A DNA stretch of 38,683 bases from Rhodoferax sp. (lineage in GTDB: Bacteria; Pseudomonadota; Gammaproteobacteria; Burkholderiales; Burkholderiaceae_C), in contig JBIIYT010000001.1 in assembly GCA_044346675.1 (NCBI GenBank), forward strand, positions 1 through 38,683. Reading direction: 5' to 3'. Within the stretch, counting starts at the first letter, position 1. Every line of letters begins with the position of its first letter. The notes below the pieces were generated by a model. The model had not been told where the DNA came from. It saw nothing but the letters and a program-made list of their open reading frames with translations, and searched no databases. The translations under genes and the position numbers were made by a program. Positions 26,170 through 35,521 of this stretch are shown here, one piece after another.

Positions 26170-27180
26170 TTAGGCCACCATATCAGGCATGATCAATTCT
26201 CCGCCGGAAACCGCTTGACTCAGTCTACGGCCAACAATGAGTAGTTCTTGACCAGGTGCCAACCCACCGCCGGGGCGAAGCCAGTCGAGATCAATTTCCC
26301 TGAGAAGGTGACCCGCCGACAAAGCAGTCCGAGCTACGATCGAACGCCGCCCCGCAGCCGCAGTTGCAATTTCAGCTTCCTGCAAAACCTTATTGCCACT
26401 ACCAAGCAGAGCTTGTGCTTGCCGCACACATTTCACGAGCTCTGCCAATTCGGCAGGGTCAGCCGACAAGGCGTGATCCCTAAAATCGGAATGCGTCTTG
26501 GAGAGAGTGAAATGCTTTTCAATAACTCGTGCCCCAAGAGCTACCGACATAACTGCCGCCTCAATGCCAAGGGTGTGATCGGAATAGCCCACTAGCATTC
26601 CCGTTTCGCGCGCAAGTGTGGAAATGGCTCGAAGATTGGCTTGCTCTGGTGGTGTTGGATAGGCCGAGACACAATGCAACAACACAATCTGTTCCACATG
26701 GCCAGCCATCTGGGCGGCTTTCTTTATAGTCTTGCAGGACTGATTAATTCCCTCTAAATCGGTCATTCCGGTAGACAACAATATAGGCTTTCCTGTTGCA
26801 GCTACTGCCTCAAGTAGCTGAAAGAAATTATTATCCCCAGATGAGATTTTGAAAGCAGGCACAAGTTTATCAAGCCAAGGAACAGCACCAAGCGTAAATG
26901 GCGTCGAAAGGAACATAACCCCTTTCGTTCGAGCAATTTCTGCAAGTTTCGAAAACTCTTCTTGATTGAAGGAGTATTTGGATAACTGCTTGATACGTGC
27001 TACTTGGCTTGGTGACACGAGACGCGCTGGCTCAATGGTCTGAAATTTGACTGCATTTGCACCAGCCGCCGCGGCAGCAGCAATCATTTCTGCCGCAAGG
27101 CCAAAATCCCCTTCATGATTATTGCCAATTTCGGCTATCACCAAAACGTCAGCTAGTAAATCAACTCCTGAGATATTCAT
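26170..27180 (-). CDS. neuB: N-acetylneuraminate/nonulosonate synthase family protein (copy 1) with SAF domain
   Basis: IAEIGNNHEG, VKFQT, KISSGD, LSTGM, LHCVSAYP, GYSDHTLG, IEKHFTL, RRSIVA, RPGGG. Confidence 0.93.
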   Translation of the reverse strand: MNISGVDLLADVLVIAEIGNNHEGDFGLAAEMIAAAAAAGANAVKFQTIEPARLVSPSQVARIKQLSKYSFNQEEFSKLAEIARTKGVMFLSTPFTLGAVPWLDKLVPAFKISSGDNNFFQLLEAVAATGKPILLSTGMTDLEGINQSCKTIKKAAQMAGHVEQIVLLHCVSAYPTPPEQANLRAISTLARETGMLVGYSDHTLGIEAAVMSVALGARVIEKHFTLSKTHSDFRDHALSADPAELAELVKCVRQAQALLGSGNKVLQEAEIATAAAGRRSIVARTALSAGHLLREIDLDWLRPGGGLAPGQELLIVGRRLSQAVSGGELIMPDMVA

Positions 27181-27923
27181 ATATACTTTTCCTTGGCTGC
27201 ATGATAATGCATAACGTACTGAGAAGACGCAAGTCGAAACCCCAATGATTCGTACAACCGAACCGACGGGAGATTTGCCACCTGCGTACCTACTGATAAA
27301 GATAATGGTCGGCGCGATCCATCCGTCCCATTTTGGGCCGCATATTTAATCATCGCTCCCCCAATGCCTTGTCTTCTCCACTGCGGATGAATTCCAATGA
27401 GATCTATCGATAGATTGCCATTAGTCGTCCAAATGAGCTGCAGAAAACCCACAATTCTGTTGTTGCACGCTGCCACCACCATCCCATCCCCACGTTTTTT
27501 GGAAAAGAAATTAGATGCCCAAACCGACTTTATTTTATCGGCAACTGGATTGGGTATTGCTGGATCAAGATGAAAACGCGAAAGGCTAAATGCATTTTCT
27601 GCAATTGTTGAAACCGCATTTTTATCAGCGGCCTCTGCAAAGCGAATTCTATTGTCTGTGTCGGGTGCAATTGCGCCTTGGAAATTAAGCGCAACATCGA
27701 CAACCCTGAATCCCAAACTTGTTAACCTCATCACAGATGCAACGTCTGTGACTGGAAACTTAGCATATGCAAATGCAGGATATGTATCATTGAGCAAACC
27801 GATATCATCGCCGTCAGTGCTGGCAACGACACCAAATGCGGGACAACCCAGCATTTCTGATAACCAAAGGTCCGCCTTCAGGGATATACCACCTGCATCA
27901 AATGTGCTTTTACTGCTCACCAA
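27177..27923 (-). CDS. GNAT-family N-acetyltransferase (WecD/RffC-like)
   Basis: SRFHLDP, IDLIGIHPQWRRQGIG (acetyl-CoA motif A), VGTQVAN..SVRLYESLGF. Confidence 0.85.
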   Translation of the reverse strand: MVSSKSTFDAGGISLKADLWLSEMLGCPAFGVVASTDGDDIGLLNDTYPAFAYAKFPVTDVASVMRLTSLGFRVVDVALNFQGAIAPDTDNRIRFAEAADKNAVSTIAENAFSLSRFHLDPAIPNPVADKIKSVWASNFFSKKRGDGMVVAACNNRIVGFLQLIWTTNGNLSIDLIGIHPQWRRQGIGGAMIKYAAQNGTDGSRRPLSLSVGTQVANLPSVRLYESLGFRLASSQYVMHYHAAKEKYI

Positions 27924-28953
27924 ACAACTCTGGCTGAGTTAATGCCAATTGCTTGTACCATTCGATATACCTCACAAATCCTTTATCCACAGGGAACTGC
28001 GGTTCATATCCAAGAAGACGACGCGCCTTCTCTACGCTTAGGGTACCTCGCTCAGGCATAAGCGCGTCTCGCGGACTGTAAACAACTTGAAGACCTGGAA
28101 AGTACTCCAATACTAGGCGAGCCAGGTCGTTTATTGACCGGGCACTCCCATATGTAAGGTTAAAAATCTCATTTTTGGCTTCTGGCTTGGCTATTGATAG
28201 TAATATTCCTTGAGCAAAGTCTTTAATATACGTAAAGTCCAAACTATCAGTTCCATCACCATTTACTGTTAGATTCTTGCCGCGAATAGCATTCTCTATG
28301 AATGCCTGACCCACTCGTCGACTTACACAACGCTCGCCGTAGAGTGCCGATGGTCGAATAATAGTATATGGCAAATCAAAAACTTGATTGTATGCAATAA
28401 CAAGTTTTTCGGCCCCAAGTTTTAGGGCGCCGTAAACACCCATAGGTTCACAGTTGCGCTCTTCAGTTACTGCATCTCCGTCAAAGTTTCCATATACCAT
28501 TGAGGACGACAAATATATAAAGTGAGGTTTCCTATCTTTTACAGAGTCAAGTGCATTTTCTAGAGTCCGCATGCTGTGATCAAAAGTACTGAACGGATCC
28601 TTGTTAGATCGATTAGCATGAGCGACTGCAGCGAGATGGACTACAACATCAGGCTTGATCGCGTTTAGGCAGGGGCTGAGCACATGATAGTCGCGTGCGT
28701 CTACCACGTGCAACGGAATCTTGGCTTTGCGCAGCAACTCTAGTCTTAGATTGATGAAGCCGACGTACAAGTCGTTGCTTGGACTTGGATTGAGGCCGCT
28801 CGTAAACGCACCCAAGTTATTTACTTGCAGACCATCAATGACATGAACATCGGCCCCCATTAATTTTAATTCCAGTGCCAAGTTATGGCCAATAAATCCT
28901 GCGCCACCGACCAGCGCAACCACCTTATTATGGAAAACTTTTCCGTCAATCAT
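27910..28953 (-). CDS. NAD-dependent epimerase/dehydratase (extended SDR)
   Basis: GGAGFIG, HLAA, LSSSMVYG, YGALK (YxxxK), IRPSALYG, DFTYIKD. Confidence 0.9.
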   Translation of the reverse strand: MIDGKVFHNKVVALVGGAGFIGHNLALELKLMGADVHVIDGLQVNNLGAFTSGLNPSPSNDLYVGFINLRLELLRKAKIPLHVVDARDYHVLSPCLNAIKPDVVVHLAAVAHANRSNKDPFSTFDHSMRTLENALDSVKDRKPHFIYLSSSMVYGNFDGDAVTEERNCEPMGVYGALKLGAEKLVIAYNQVFDLPYTIIRPSALYGERCVSRRVGQAFIENAIRGKNLTVNGDGTDSLDFTYIKDFAQGILLSIAKPEAKNEIFNLTYGSARSINDLARLVLEYFPGLQVVYSPRDALMPERGTLSVEKARRLLGYEPQFPVDKGFVRYIEWYKQLALTQPELFGEQ

Positions 28954-30110
28954 TTTATATTCCTTATGATTTTTTTGAATGCTTCTGCTATGTAACTCAT
29001 GTCGTCCGTATTGAGGTGCGGCCCCACAGGCAAAGCTATTGAATTTTGACTTATCTTTTCCGCATTCGGAAAGGGTACGTTGCCAAGATTGTATTTGTCC
29101 CTGTAGTATTTTAAGTGCGGTACTGGCCCTGGATAATAAACGCTAGTTCCAATTCCAGCATCTTTAAGAGCTCGAATTATTTCATATCGAAATGCGGAAA
29201 TATTCTCTTTGAGTAGGACCACCAAGCAATAATGAGCATGCGAAAAATCACCTCCACCATCCGCGAGTGGGGTTAACTCATCGATAGGGGCGAGCGCCTT
29301 TCGCAATGCGGCATCATTTTCTGCACGCGTGCACAGAAATCCATCTAATTTTTTTAACTGTTCGACTCCAATGGCAGCCTCTATCTCGTTCATTCTATAG
29401 TTGTAACCCAGCATGTCAACGTCATACATCCCAGGTATAACTCGCTCTCCTACTTGCTTGTCATAGCCAAAAGATTTCATCCTGGCTACGCGCTCAGCGA
29501 CAATCTGGTTCTTAGCAAGAAATACACCACCTTCAGCTGTTGTTATATGCTTAACTGGATAAAACGAGAAAGTGCCTACGTCACCTAGCAGGCCAACGTG
29601 CTTACCTTTGTATTTTGCCCCTAGTGCAAGTGCACAGTCCTCCACCACAAATAATTTATACTTTTCTGCAATTTTATTTATTGCATCCATATCAACGGGC
29701 AAACCCAGAAAGTGCACCAGACTGATTGCTTTAGTATTTGAATTAATTGCGAGTTCAATTTGACTAACATCTATGTTGCCGGTCCTTGAATCGGCATCAA
29801 TGAAAACAGGTCTTGCGCCTGTGTATTCAACTGAATGTGCCGTAGCCACATGGGTTTGGGCTGGGACCAGTACTTCATCTCCAGGACCCACCCCAAGATG
29901 AAGATAAGCCAAATGAAGGGCGGCCGTACACGAGGCTACACTAAGAGAGGTCCCACCACCCACAAAACTGGAGAAGTTTGATTCAAACAGTTTGGCGCGA
30001 GGGCCATGTACAAATTGAGTTCCTGACATTACCTCCATTACGGCGCCTCGCTCTTCATCACCGACGACCGGGCTACCAAAAACTATTTCACGCATATCTT
30101 TTCTTTCCAT
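28950..30110 (-). CDS. DegT/DnrJ/EryC1/StrS PLP-dependent sugar aminotransferase
   Basis: SCTAALHLA, GPGDEVLVP, VEDCA, FSFYPVKHITTAEGG (PLP lysine), GYNYRM. ATG at 30095 is an alternative start. Confidence 0.94.
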   Translation of the reverse strand: MERKDMREIVFGSPVVGDEERGAVMEVMSGTQFVHGPRAKLFESNFSSFVGGGTSLSVASCTAALHLAYLHLGVGPGDEVLVPAQTHVATAHSVEYTGARPVFIDADSRTGNIDVSQIELAINSNTKAISLVHFLGLPVDMDAINKIAEKYKLFVVEDCALALGAKYKGKHVGLLGDVGTFSFYPVKHITTAEGGVFLAKNQIVAERVARMKSFGYDKQVGERVIPGMYDVDMLGYNYRMNEIEAAIGVEQLKKLDGFLCTRAENDAALRKALAPIDELTPLADGGGDFSHAHYCLVVLLKENISAFRYEIIRALKDAGIGTSVYYPGPVPHLKYYRDKYNLGNVPFPNAEKISQNSIALPVGPHLNTDDMSYIAEAFKKIIRNIK

Positions 30111-31104
30111 TTAATTGAACTGGATTACCCTCACGCAACGAGCGATCTATAGCTAAGCAAACTTCTAGGGTATCAAATAATTGATCTTCAGTGATTATTG
30201 GATCTGCTAGGCCGCGGATCGAATCAATAAAATTGGGAATTAAGTTGCCCTTTTCTACTCCTGGGTATGAAGTATCCAACTGTTCCGGGGGAGCATTTGG
30301 ATCGCTGCTGCGATGAAAGGTGGCTGAATCCCGTCTATTTTCAAAAGTTGCATTTGTGCCATATACCTCTAATTTATGGAAATGCGGGAAGACACAGCCA
30401 AAATTCGCCCCAACTTTTGCAAGCATTCCATTCTTAAATTTCAACAAGGCCACTACCATGTCTGGGGTGCTGAAGTTATAGCTCTCGCTGCATATTTTAT
30501 TTCCATAGGCGACCACCTCCTCCACTTGTCCGCCCCCCAACCATAGGATCAGATCCACCATGTGAATGCCACCACCAAGCATTACCGAGTAATCCTGTAG
30601 CTGCCCTCTCCATCCGGTCTTCATTTTTATCAGTCGGCCATAGTTATACGCGGCATCTATATAGTAGGTTCTACCCATTTCTCCGTTTTCAATTCTATTT
30701 TTTAGATCTTTAAAGCGAGGACTTTGCCTGAGAATCGTATTAGTCGACAACCGCAGACTCGGGTTTTGGGCTAAGGCTTGCCTTATCTCTTCCAGCTCAA
30801 TCTCATTGAGGCATAAGGGCTTTTCAGCAAATACATGTTTGCCTGCCTGTATCGCCATGATGACTTGCTTTGCATGGTCTTGATCATAACTTGCCACAGA
30901 CACCACGTCGATTTCAGGGTCTGCGATCAACTCTTCGGCACTTGTATAGATTTTGCATTGTTGATACTTTTGTCTGGCACTGGCCCGCTTCGTTTCGTCG
31001 ATGTCGCATAGTGCTGCTACATCCACCGAGTCTGCCTTCAGATAACCCAAAACGTGTTGCTCTCCGATCCCTAGGCCTATAACGCCCGCCTTGAGACGCC
31101 TCAT
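30088..31104 (-). CDS. Gfo/Idh/MocA-family oxidoreductase
   Basis: GVIGLGIG, GKHVFAEKPL, GGGIHMVD. Confidence 0.9.
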   Translation of the reverse strand: MRRLKAGVIGLGIGEQHVLGYLKADSVDVAALCDIDETKRASARQKYQQCKIYTSAEELIADPEIDVVSVASYDQDHAKQVIMAIQAGKHVFAEKPLCLNEIELEEIRQALAQNPSLRLSTNTILRQSPRFKDLKNRIENGEMGRTYYIDAAYNYGRLIKMKTGWRGQLQDYSVMLGGGIHMVDLILWLGGGQVEEVVAYGNKICSESYNFSTPDMVVALLKFKNGMLAKVGANFGCVFPHFHKLEVYGTNATFENRRDSATFHRSSDPNAPPEQLDTSYPGVEKGNLIPNFIDSIRGLADPIITEDQLFDTLEVCLAIDRSLREGNPVQLNGKKRYA

Positions 31105-31826
31105 CGGTTAAGCACTTTCATAATTTCCAACTCCTTGAACATTTGCTCCAATGTATGTTGGTGAAAGGGCTCACCCAAACGCCTAAGCAATTCTTTCACC
31201 TTAAGGAAATCTTCCTCGATATCTACTGAAAGCTGAAGATGGCTTTGGTCAGGCTCTAGTTCTATATTGGAAATAGAACACAGTCCTTGATTTTCATAAA
31301 GATACTTCGTCACATGCTCGCGCTGGTCAGAAGTCATCCCCTCCAACCAAGCCATTTTTAGCTTTGTCAAAGATACAACCTCTACTGACTGCCCCTTTGG
31401 AAAAGTGCGTCGCAAAACATTGGTCACTAGATCAACCCGCAGATCACGAAAAGTCTTTACTGCAGCATCCACAATTTTAGGGTCCAGCAGTGGGCTATCT
31501 CCGCTTACACGAACCAGCGCGTCTGCCTTCATTTTTTCTGCAGCGCCAATTACTCGCGAAGCCACATCCTGCAAGTCGCCTCTAAAACAGCTTACTCCTC
31601 GGCTCAATACGTAGGACTCAATTGGGTCATCATCCGAGCACACAGAAGTGGCAACAACTAGGCCATCGACCTCCTTGCACAACTCAAGTCGATCAAGCAA
31701 GCGGCCCAATAGTGGGCCGCCCCACAGGTCCATCAGAACTTTACCAGGCAGCCTTGCCGATGACATTCGAGCCTGTACAACAACAACAATTCTGCTTGCG
31801 TGTTTTATCTCATCATCATCGATCAT
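31101..31826 (-). CDS. SpsF-type cytidylyltransferase (CMP-ulosonate synthetase family)
   Basis: QARMSSARLPGKVL, VATS...DD, RVSGDSPLLDP, PKGQSVE, REHVT, LSVD. Confidence 0.88.
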   Translation of the reverse strand: MIDDDEIKHASRIVVVVQARMSSARLPGKVLMDLWGGPLLGRLLDRLELCKEVDGLVVATSVCSDDDPIESYVLSRGVSCFRGDLQDVASRVIGAAEKMKADALVRVSGDSPLLDPKIVDAAVKTFRDLRVDLVTNVLRRTFPKGQSVEVVSLTKLKMAWLEGMTSDQREHVTKYLYENQGLCSISNIELEPDQSHLQLSVDIEEDFLKVKELLRRLGEPFHQHTLEQMFKELEIMKVLNR

Positions 31827-31887
31827 TTAGAAATCTAATAAATTGTGGCGCCTGATCTCGAGCGTCTTGAAATGGAAGCGCCCTGGG

Positions 31888-32955
31888 CTACACATCGTGC
31901 ACATGTGGGAATTTGATCTGATTTATTTTTGCGGCAGATTGAATTGCACTAATTATTTTTGCTGCGCAGACCCCTCGTTTAATGCTATTGCCAGCATTGA
32001 CATTGCTACTTATGGCTGTCATGAATTCTTTTTGAGAGCATTTAAAAAGCTCACTCAGATTCATCACATATTGGTTGGTGTCTGATACTGAATCGTTTAC
32101 ACCTTCCTTTCTAAAATTTTCGTGAAGCGAGAAATGCTTGTTATCTCCAATGTGAAACTCTTCTAGCTTAACTGTGCCACTTGTTCCGCTAGCCTCCATT
32201 TGCAAACCATTTCCTCGCATTGTCACCAGCGACAAATGCATTTGAACTGGCACTCCTCGCCACAAAAGCAGAGCAGTTGTGTTCTCGTCACCAGTGCTTC
32301 GGCATGGCAGTCTGTCTGCGTTAGGTCGATATGGGTGCACTACTTTTTGCACGACTGATAAGACTTGCACATCGCTAGCTTCAGAAAATAGATAGTCAAG
32401 CAAGTGCGCACCGAAATTCTGCAACACACCGCCGCCAAGCTCCTCTTGGCCCTTCCAATGGATAGTCAAATTGTCATTCAATCTGTTTGGTAAGGCCCAT
32501 CGAATGTCGATGCAATTCAGTTTTCCAAGTACACCCGCCTCTATACATTTTCGAAATCTTTGCAATGCCGGGTGAAATTTGTAACAGAAATTGATTGCGC
32601 CAATTTTCCCAGACTGCTCACATGCCGCCGCCACGCGCTCAGCCTCATCAACACTTATTCCCAGTGGCTTTTCACACATTACATGCTTTCCAGCTGAAAA
32701 TGCCGAGATTGCCAATTCGGCGATTTCTGATGGAGGCACAGCCAATATCACGGCGTCTACGCTAGGATCTGAAAAAACATCGTCTGCATTTGCCCATATA
32801 AATCCAATCCCAAACTCATCTGAGATCTGGCGGGATTTTTCACGCGTCCGCCCAACCATCCCCATCACACGCCCCCCAACGAGACTCTGGGATGCATTGA
32901 AGTGGAGCCTAGCCGCGGGCCCCGAACCAACTATCGCCAACTTCAATTTAGGCAA
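31888..32955 (-). CDS. Gfo/Idh/MocA-family oxidoreductase
   Basis: AIVGSG, GKHVMCEKPL, GGGVLQNFGAHLLD. TTG start. Confidence 0.88.
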   Translation of the reverse strand: MPKLKLAIVGSGPAARLHFNASQSLVGGRVMGMVGRTREKSRQISDEFGIGFIWANADDVFSDPSVDAVILAVPPSEIAELAISAFSAGKHVMCEKPLGISVDEAERVAAACEQSGKIGAINFCYKFHPALQRFRKCIEAGVLGKLNCIDIRWALPNRLNDNLTIHWKGQEELGGGVLQNFGAHLLDYLFSEASDVQVLSVVQKVVHPYRPNADRLPCRSTGDENTTALLLWRGVPVQMHLSLVTMRGNGLQMEASGTSGTVKLEEFHIGDNKHFSLHENFRKEGVNDSVSDTNQYVMNLSELFKCSQKEFMTAISSNVNAGNSIKRGVCAAKIISAIQSAAKINQIKFPHVHDV

Positions 32956-32983
32956 CTCTTTCCGCCATTCTCTGAATGCGAAA

Positions 32984-34243
32984 TCACAAAATCCGTAGCG
33001 CGGGAAGTGGGATAACTATTTTTGACTTTAGTCCTTTTTCCTTTAAAGACCGGACGATTGAGTCAGCATAATGCCATGACAGTACAACTGCATAGTCTGG
33101 CTGCTCTCGCAACATTCTCTCTTCATCAACCACCGGGATATGTGTGCTCGGAGTGAACAAACCCAACTTCAGCGATGTAGATTGCTCCGCGATATAGGGC
33201 ATCAAGTCGGGCGTCACGCCACAATAGTTAAGCATGGTCACGCATCTTCCTGGGCATCCAATGCCAACTACACTTTGCCCCTCTTGTTGAAGTCTTACTA
33301 AAGTCGACCGAAGGTCCGCTCTCGCCTGAAGAATGCGAACTGCAAAATTCTTAAAAGTCTCCTCTTCATATGCCCCCTGCTGCAACTCAATATCTAAAAG
33401 CTGTCGCACCGAGTCGCGAACAGCATGATTCAGGCCCTTTTGGGCGTACACTCTGATCGAACCGCCATAGTTGGAAATGCGCTCGACGTCGACCAGCGTA
33501 TATCCATAATTATTAAACAACGTTTGCAATGGCCGGATCAAGTAATAGCGCAAATGTTCGTGATAAATGGAGTCGTACTGCAAAGTCTCTAAGATATCCA
33601 GCATATAGTGGGATTCCGAAATGAAATAACCACCATCCTCAAGGAGTTCTGTTACCCCATCCATTAATGACTTCAACTGATTCACATGCGCAAAAACATT
33701 CGCTGCTGTAACTACAACTGCTTTGCCACATGACTCAACTATTTCTGACGCCACATCCGTGGTGAAAAATTTATTAATTGTAGGAATGCCGTCGTTGATT
33801 GCTATTTTTGCAATGTTCGTGGGCTCTACGCCCATAACTCTCATGCCTTCTGACTTGAACCCCTCCAATATAGTGCCATCATTTGAGCCTATATCTACTA
33901 CTAGGGAGCCCGGCTTCAAACCAACCTTACCAACTAGGTGTTTTGACACGTTAAGTAAGTTTTTTCTCAAAGGGTTAGTAATTCCGCTGCGATAAGGGTA
34001 TTCAGGATGAAAAAGGACACTACCATCCACTACATAATCAATCTGTGGAAGCCCGCAATCCCGACAACGCACCATGTTCAAAGGATAACTTAGCTCTGCC
34101 TCTTTGAGCTTAGCGGACGTAAGCAACGAGTCACAAGGGGCACAAAAACCCATATCAATGACTTGTTGCAGATTTGTAGACCCACATACTTGGCATTCTA
34201 AAATATGCCCAACTTCCAGATCTTTTTTGTATTCACTATTCAT
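32984..34243 (-). CDS. NDP-hexose C-methyltransferase (Zn-binding N-domain, SAM domain, C-methyltransferase C-domain)
   Basis: CQVC...CRDC, YPYRSG, DIGSNDG, NVFAH, YHEHLRY, GGSIRV, LNYCG, PDYAVVLSWH. ATG 34243 has AGGAGAG upstream; the ORF track starts at 34264. Confidence 0.9.
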   Translation of the reverse strand: MNSEYKKDLEVGHILECQVCGSTNLQQVIDMGFCAPCDSLLTSAKLKEAELSYPLNMVRCRDCGLPQIDYVVDGSVLFHPEYPYRSGITNPLRKNLLNVSKHLVGKVGLKPGSLVVDIGSNDGTILEGFKSEGMRVMGVEPTNIAKIAINDGIPTINKFFTTDVASEIVESCGKAVVVTAANVFAHVNQLKSLMDGVTELLEDGGYFISESHYMLDILETLQYDSIYHEHLRYYLIRPLQTLFNNYGYTLVDVERISNYGGSIRVYAQKGLNHAVRDSVRQLLDIELQQGAYEEETFKNFAVRILQARADLRSTLVRLQQEGQSVVGIGCPGRCVTMLNYCGVTPDLMPYIAEQSTSLKLGLFTPSTHIPVVDEERMLREQPDYAVVLSWHYADSIVRSLKEKGLKSKIVIPLPALRIL

Positions 34244-35504
34244 TATTGACTCTCCTACGTTCATCTATATCTATAATTTCATTTAACAACATTGCGCAAG
34301 CATTTGCAGGCGAGAATTTATCTAAGTATAGTTGACGGCCACCTTCTGCTATTCTTTCAGCGAAATCCGTATCGCTCACTATTTTTATCAAATCCCTCAC
34401 CATAGCTTCTGCATCAGAACCCAAACAGCAATTAAGTCCATCGATAAGGTCAGGGTTGCCTGCAGAGACATTTACGTGAGCCACTACAGGCAGCCGATGT
34501 GCCAGCGCTGTAACTATCCTGCTTCTATTGCCTACAGGGGCCTCAAGAGGGGCAATCATGGCATGACAGGCCGATAGCGCAGAACTCAGGTTCGGCACAA
34601 ACCCTACAATGTCAATTTCTTCTGCAGCATCAATTGCTCGCTTGGCAAACTCCGGTATTTCTCCGAAGCCTAGAATATCAATTTTAAAGCTGGCTTTTCC
34701 TAGCAATTCAACTAGTCTTGGATGAATATCATTCACCAAACACCCTAGGGAGGAAAGAGATCCCAACGCTCCAAGGTTGCCAAAAAATACAAATGTTGGA
34801 ATTTTACTTGTAGCGCGTTTTGTAATTTCCCCGATTGGCCATGGGTAAGGTAAGTAGCGAGAACTCAAGCCGAGTTTCGCTAGTGACTTGACCGATGAGC
34901 CAGAGGAAACAATGATTTTTGAAAACTCTTTGAGTGCATTGTAATAATGACGCCTCCAAGGATAGCAATACAAAAAATTAGTAATAGCCAACCTATAATC
35001 ACCACGCCGAAAAGCATAAACTCCGTGGTAGAAGAACGATTGGAAGTTCAAGTCTCCCAGCCACACGATTTTTACAAATGCGTCGCACTCTGCTGCCGCC
35101 CATGCGCTTGTGAGATCAAAGCACATTAACTTTGAGGGATTAAACTTATTGGTGCGCCTTGCAACATTTGCGGATAGCTCAGGATTTACCGCCCTTGGCC
35201 CCAGCCATTTATTATAAATAATAGGTTTATTACATAAGACACATTCAATCCTGAAGTTTTCATCTTCTCCAATTTGTTTTTTATACTCCTCAACTTTGAC
35301 AAGCTCTGCGGAATCACTTAGTATTAAAATATTTAAAATATTAAATCCGGCCTGTTTTAGGGCGTGCGTATACCAATAGAAAAGCACCACGCTAGCACCA
35401 TTGCTTGGGTGCGGAACACACGGCGTTATTAGCGTCAGTTTTTCGCCTCTTCTAGCTATAGGGATTTCCTGTTTCAAGCTTACTTCTGTGTTTTGGTAGA
35501 TCAT
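34236..35504 (-). CDS. Glycosyltransferase, GT4-like (GT-B)
   Basis: PHPSNGA N-terminal loop, FVFFG, IVGFVPNL, IAPL...GNRSRIVTALAHRLPVV, IAEGGRQL. Confidence 0.75.
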   Translation of the reverse strand: MIYQNTEVSLKQEIPIARRGEKLTLITPCVPHPSNGASVVLFYWYTHALKQAGFNILNILILSDSAELVKVEEYKKQIGEDENFRIECVLCNKPIIYNKWLGPRAVNPELSANVARRTNKFNPSKLMCFDLTSAWAAAECDAFVKIVWLGDLNFQSFFYHGVYAFRRGDYRLAITNFLYCYPWRRHYYNALKEFSKIIVSSGSSVKSLAKLGLSSRYLPYPWPIGEITKRATSKIPTFVFFGNLGALGSLSSLGCLVNDIHPRLVELLGKASFKIDILGFGEIPEFAKRAIDAAEEIDIVGFVPNLSSALSACHAMIAPLEAPVGNRSRIVTALAHRLPVVAHVNVSAGNPDLIDGLNCCLGSDAEAMVRDLIKIVSDTDFAERIAEGGRQLYLDKFSPANACAMLLNEIIDIDERRRVNNE

Positions 35505-35521
35505 GCTTGTCTTAGTTGGCG

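Noticed and set aside
5245-27180. Secondary-metabolite or lasso-peptide cluster (AsnB-like enzymes, methyltransferases, dioxygenase, ABC exporter)
   Set aside because: There is no precursor peptide, leader peptidase/RRE, NRPS or PKS. The context is dominated by nucleotide-sugar enzymes.
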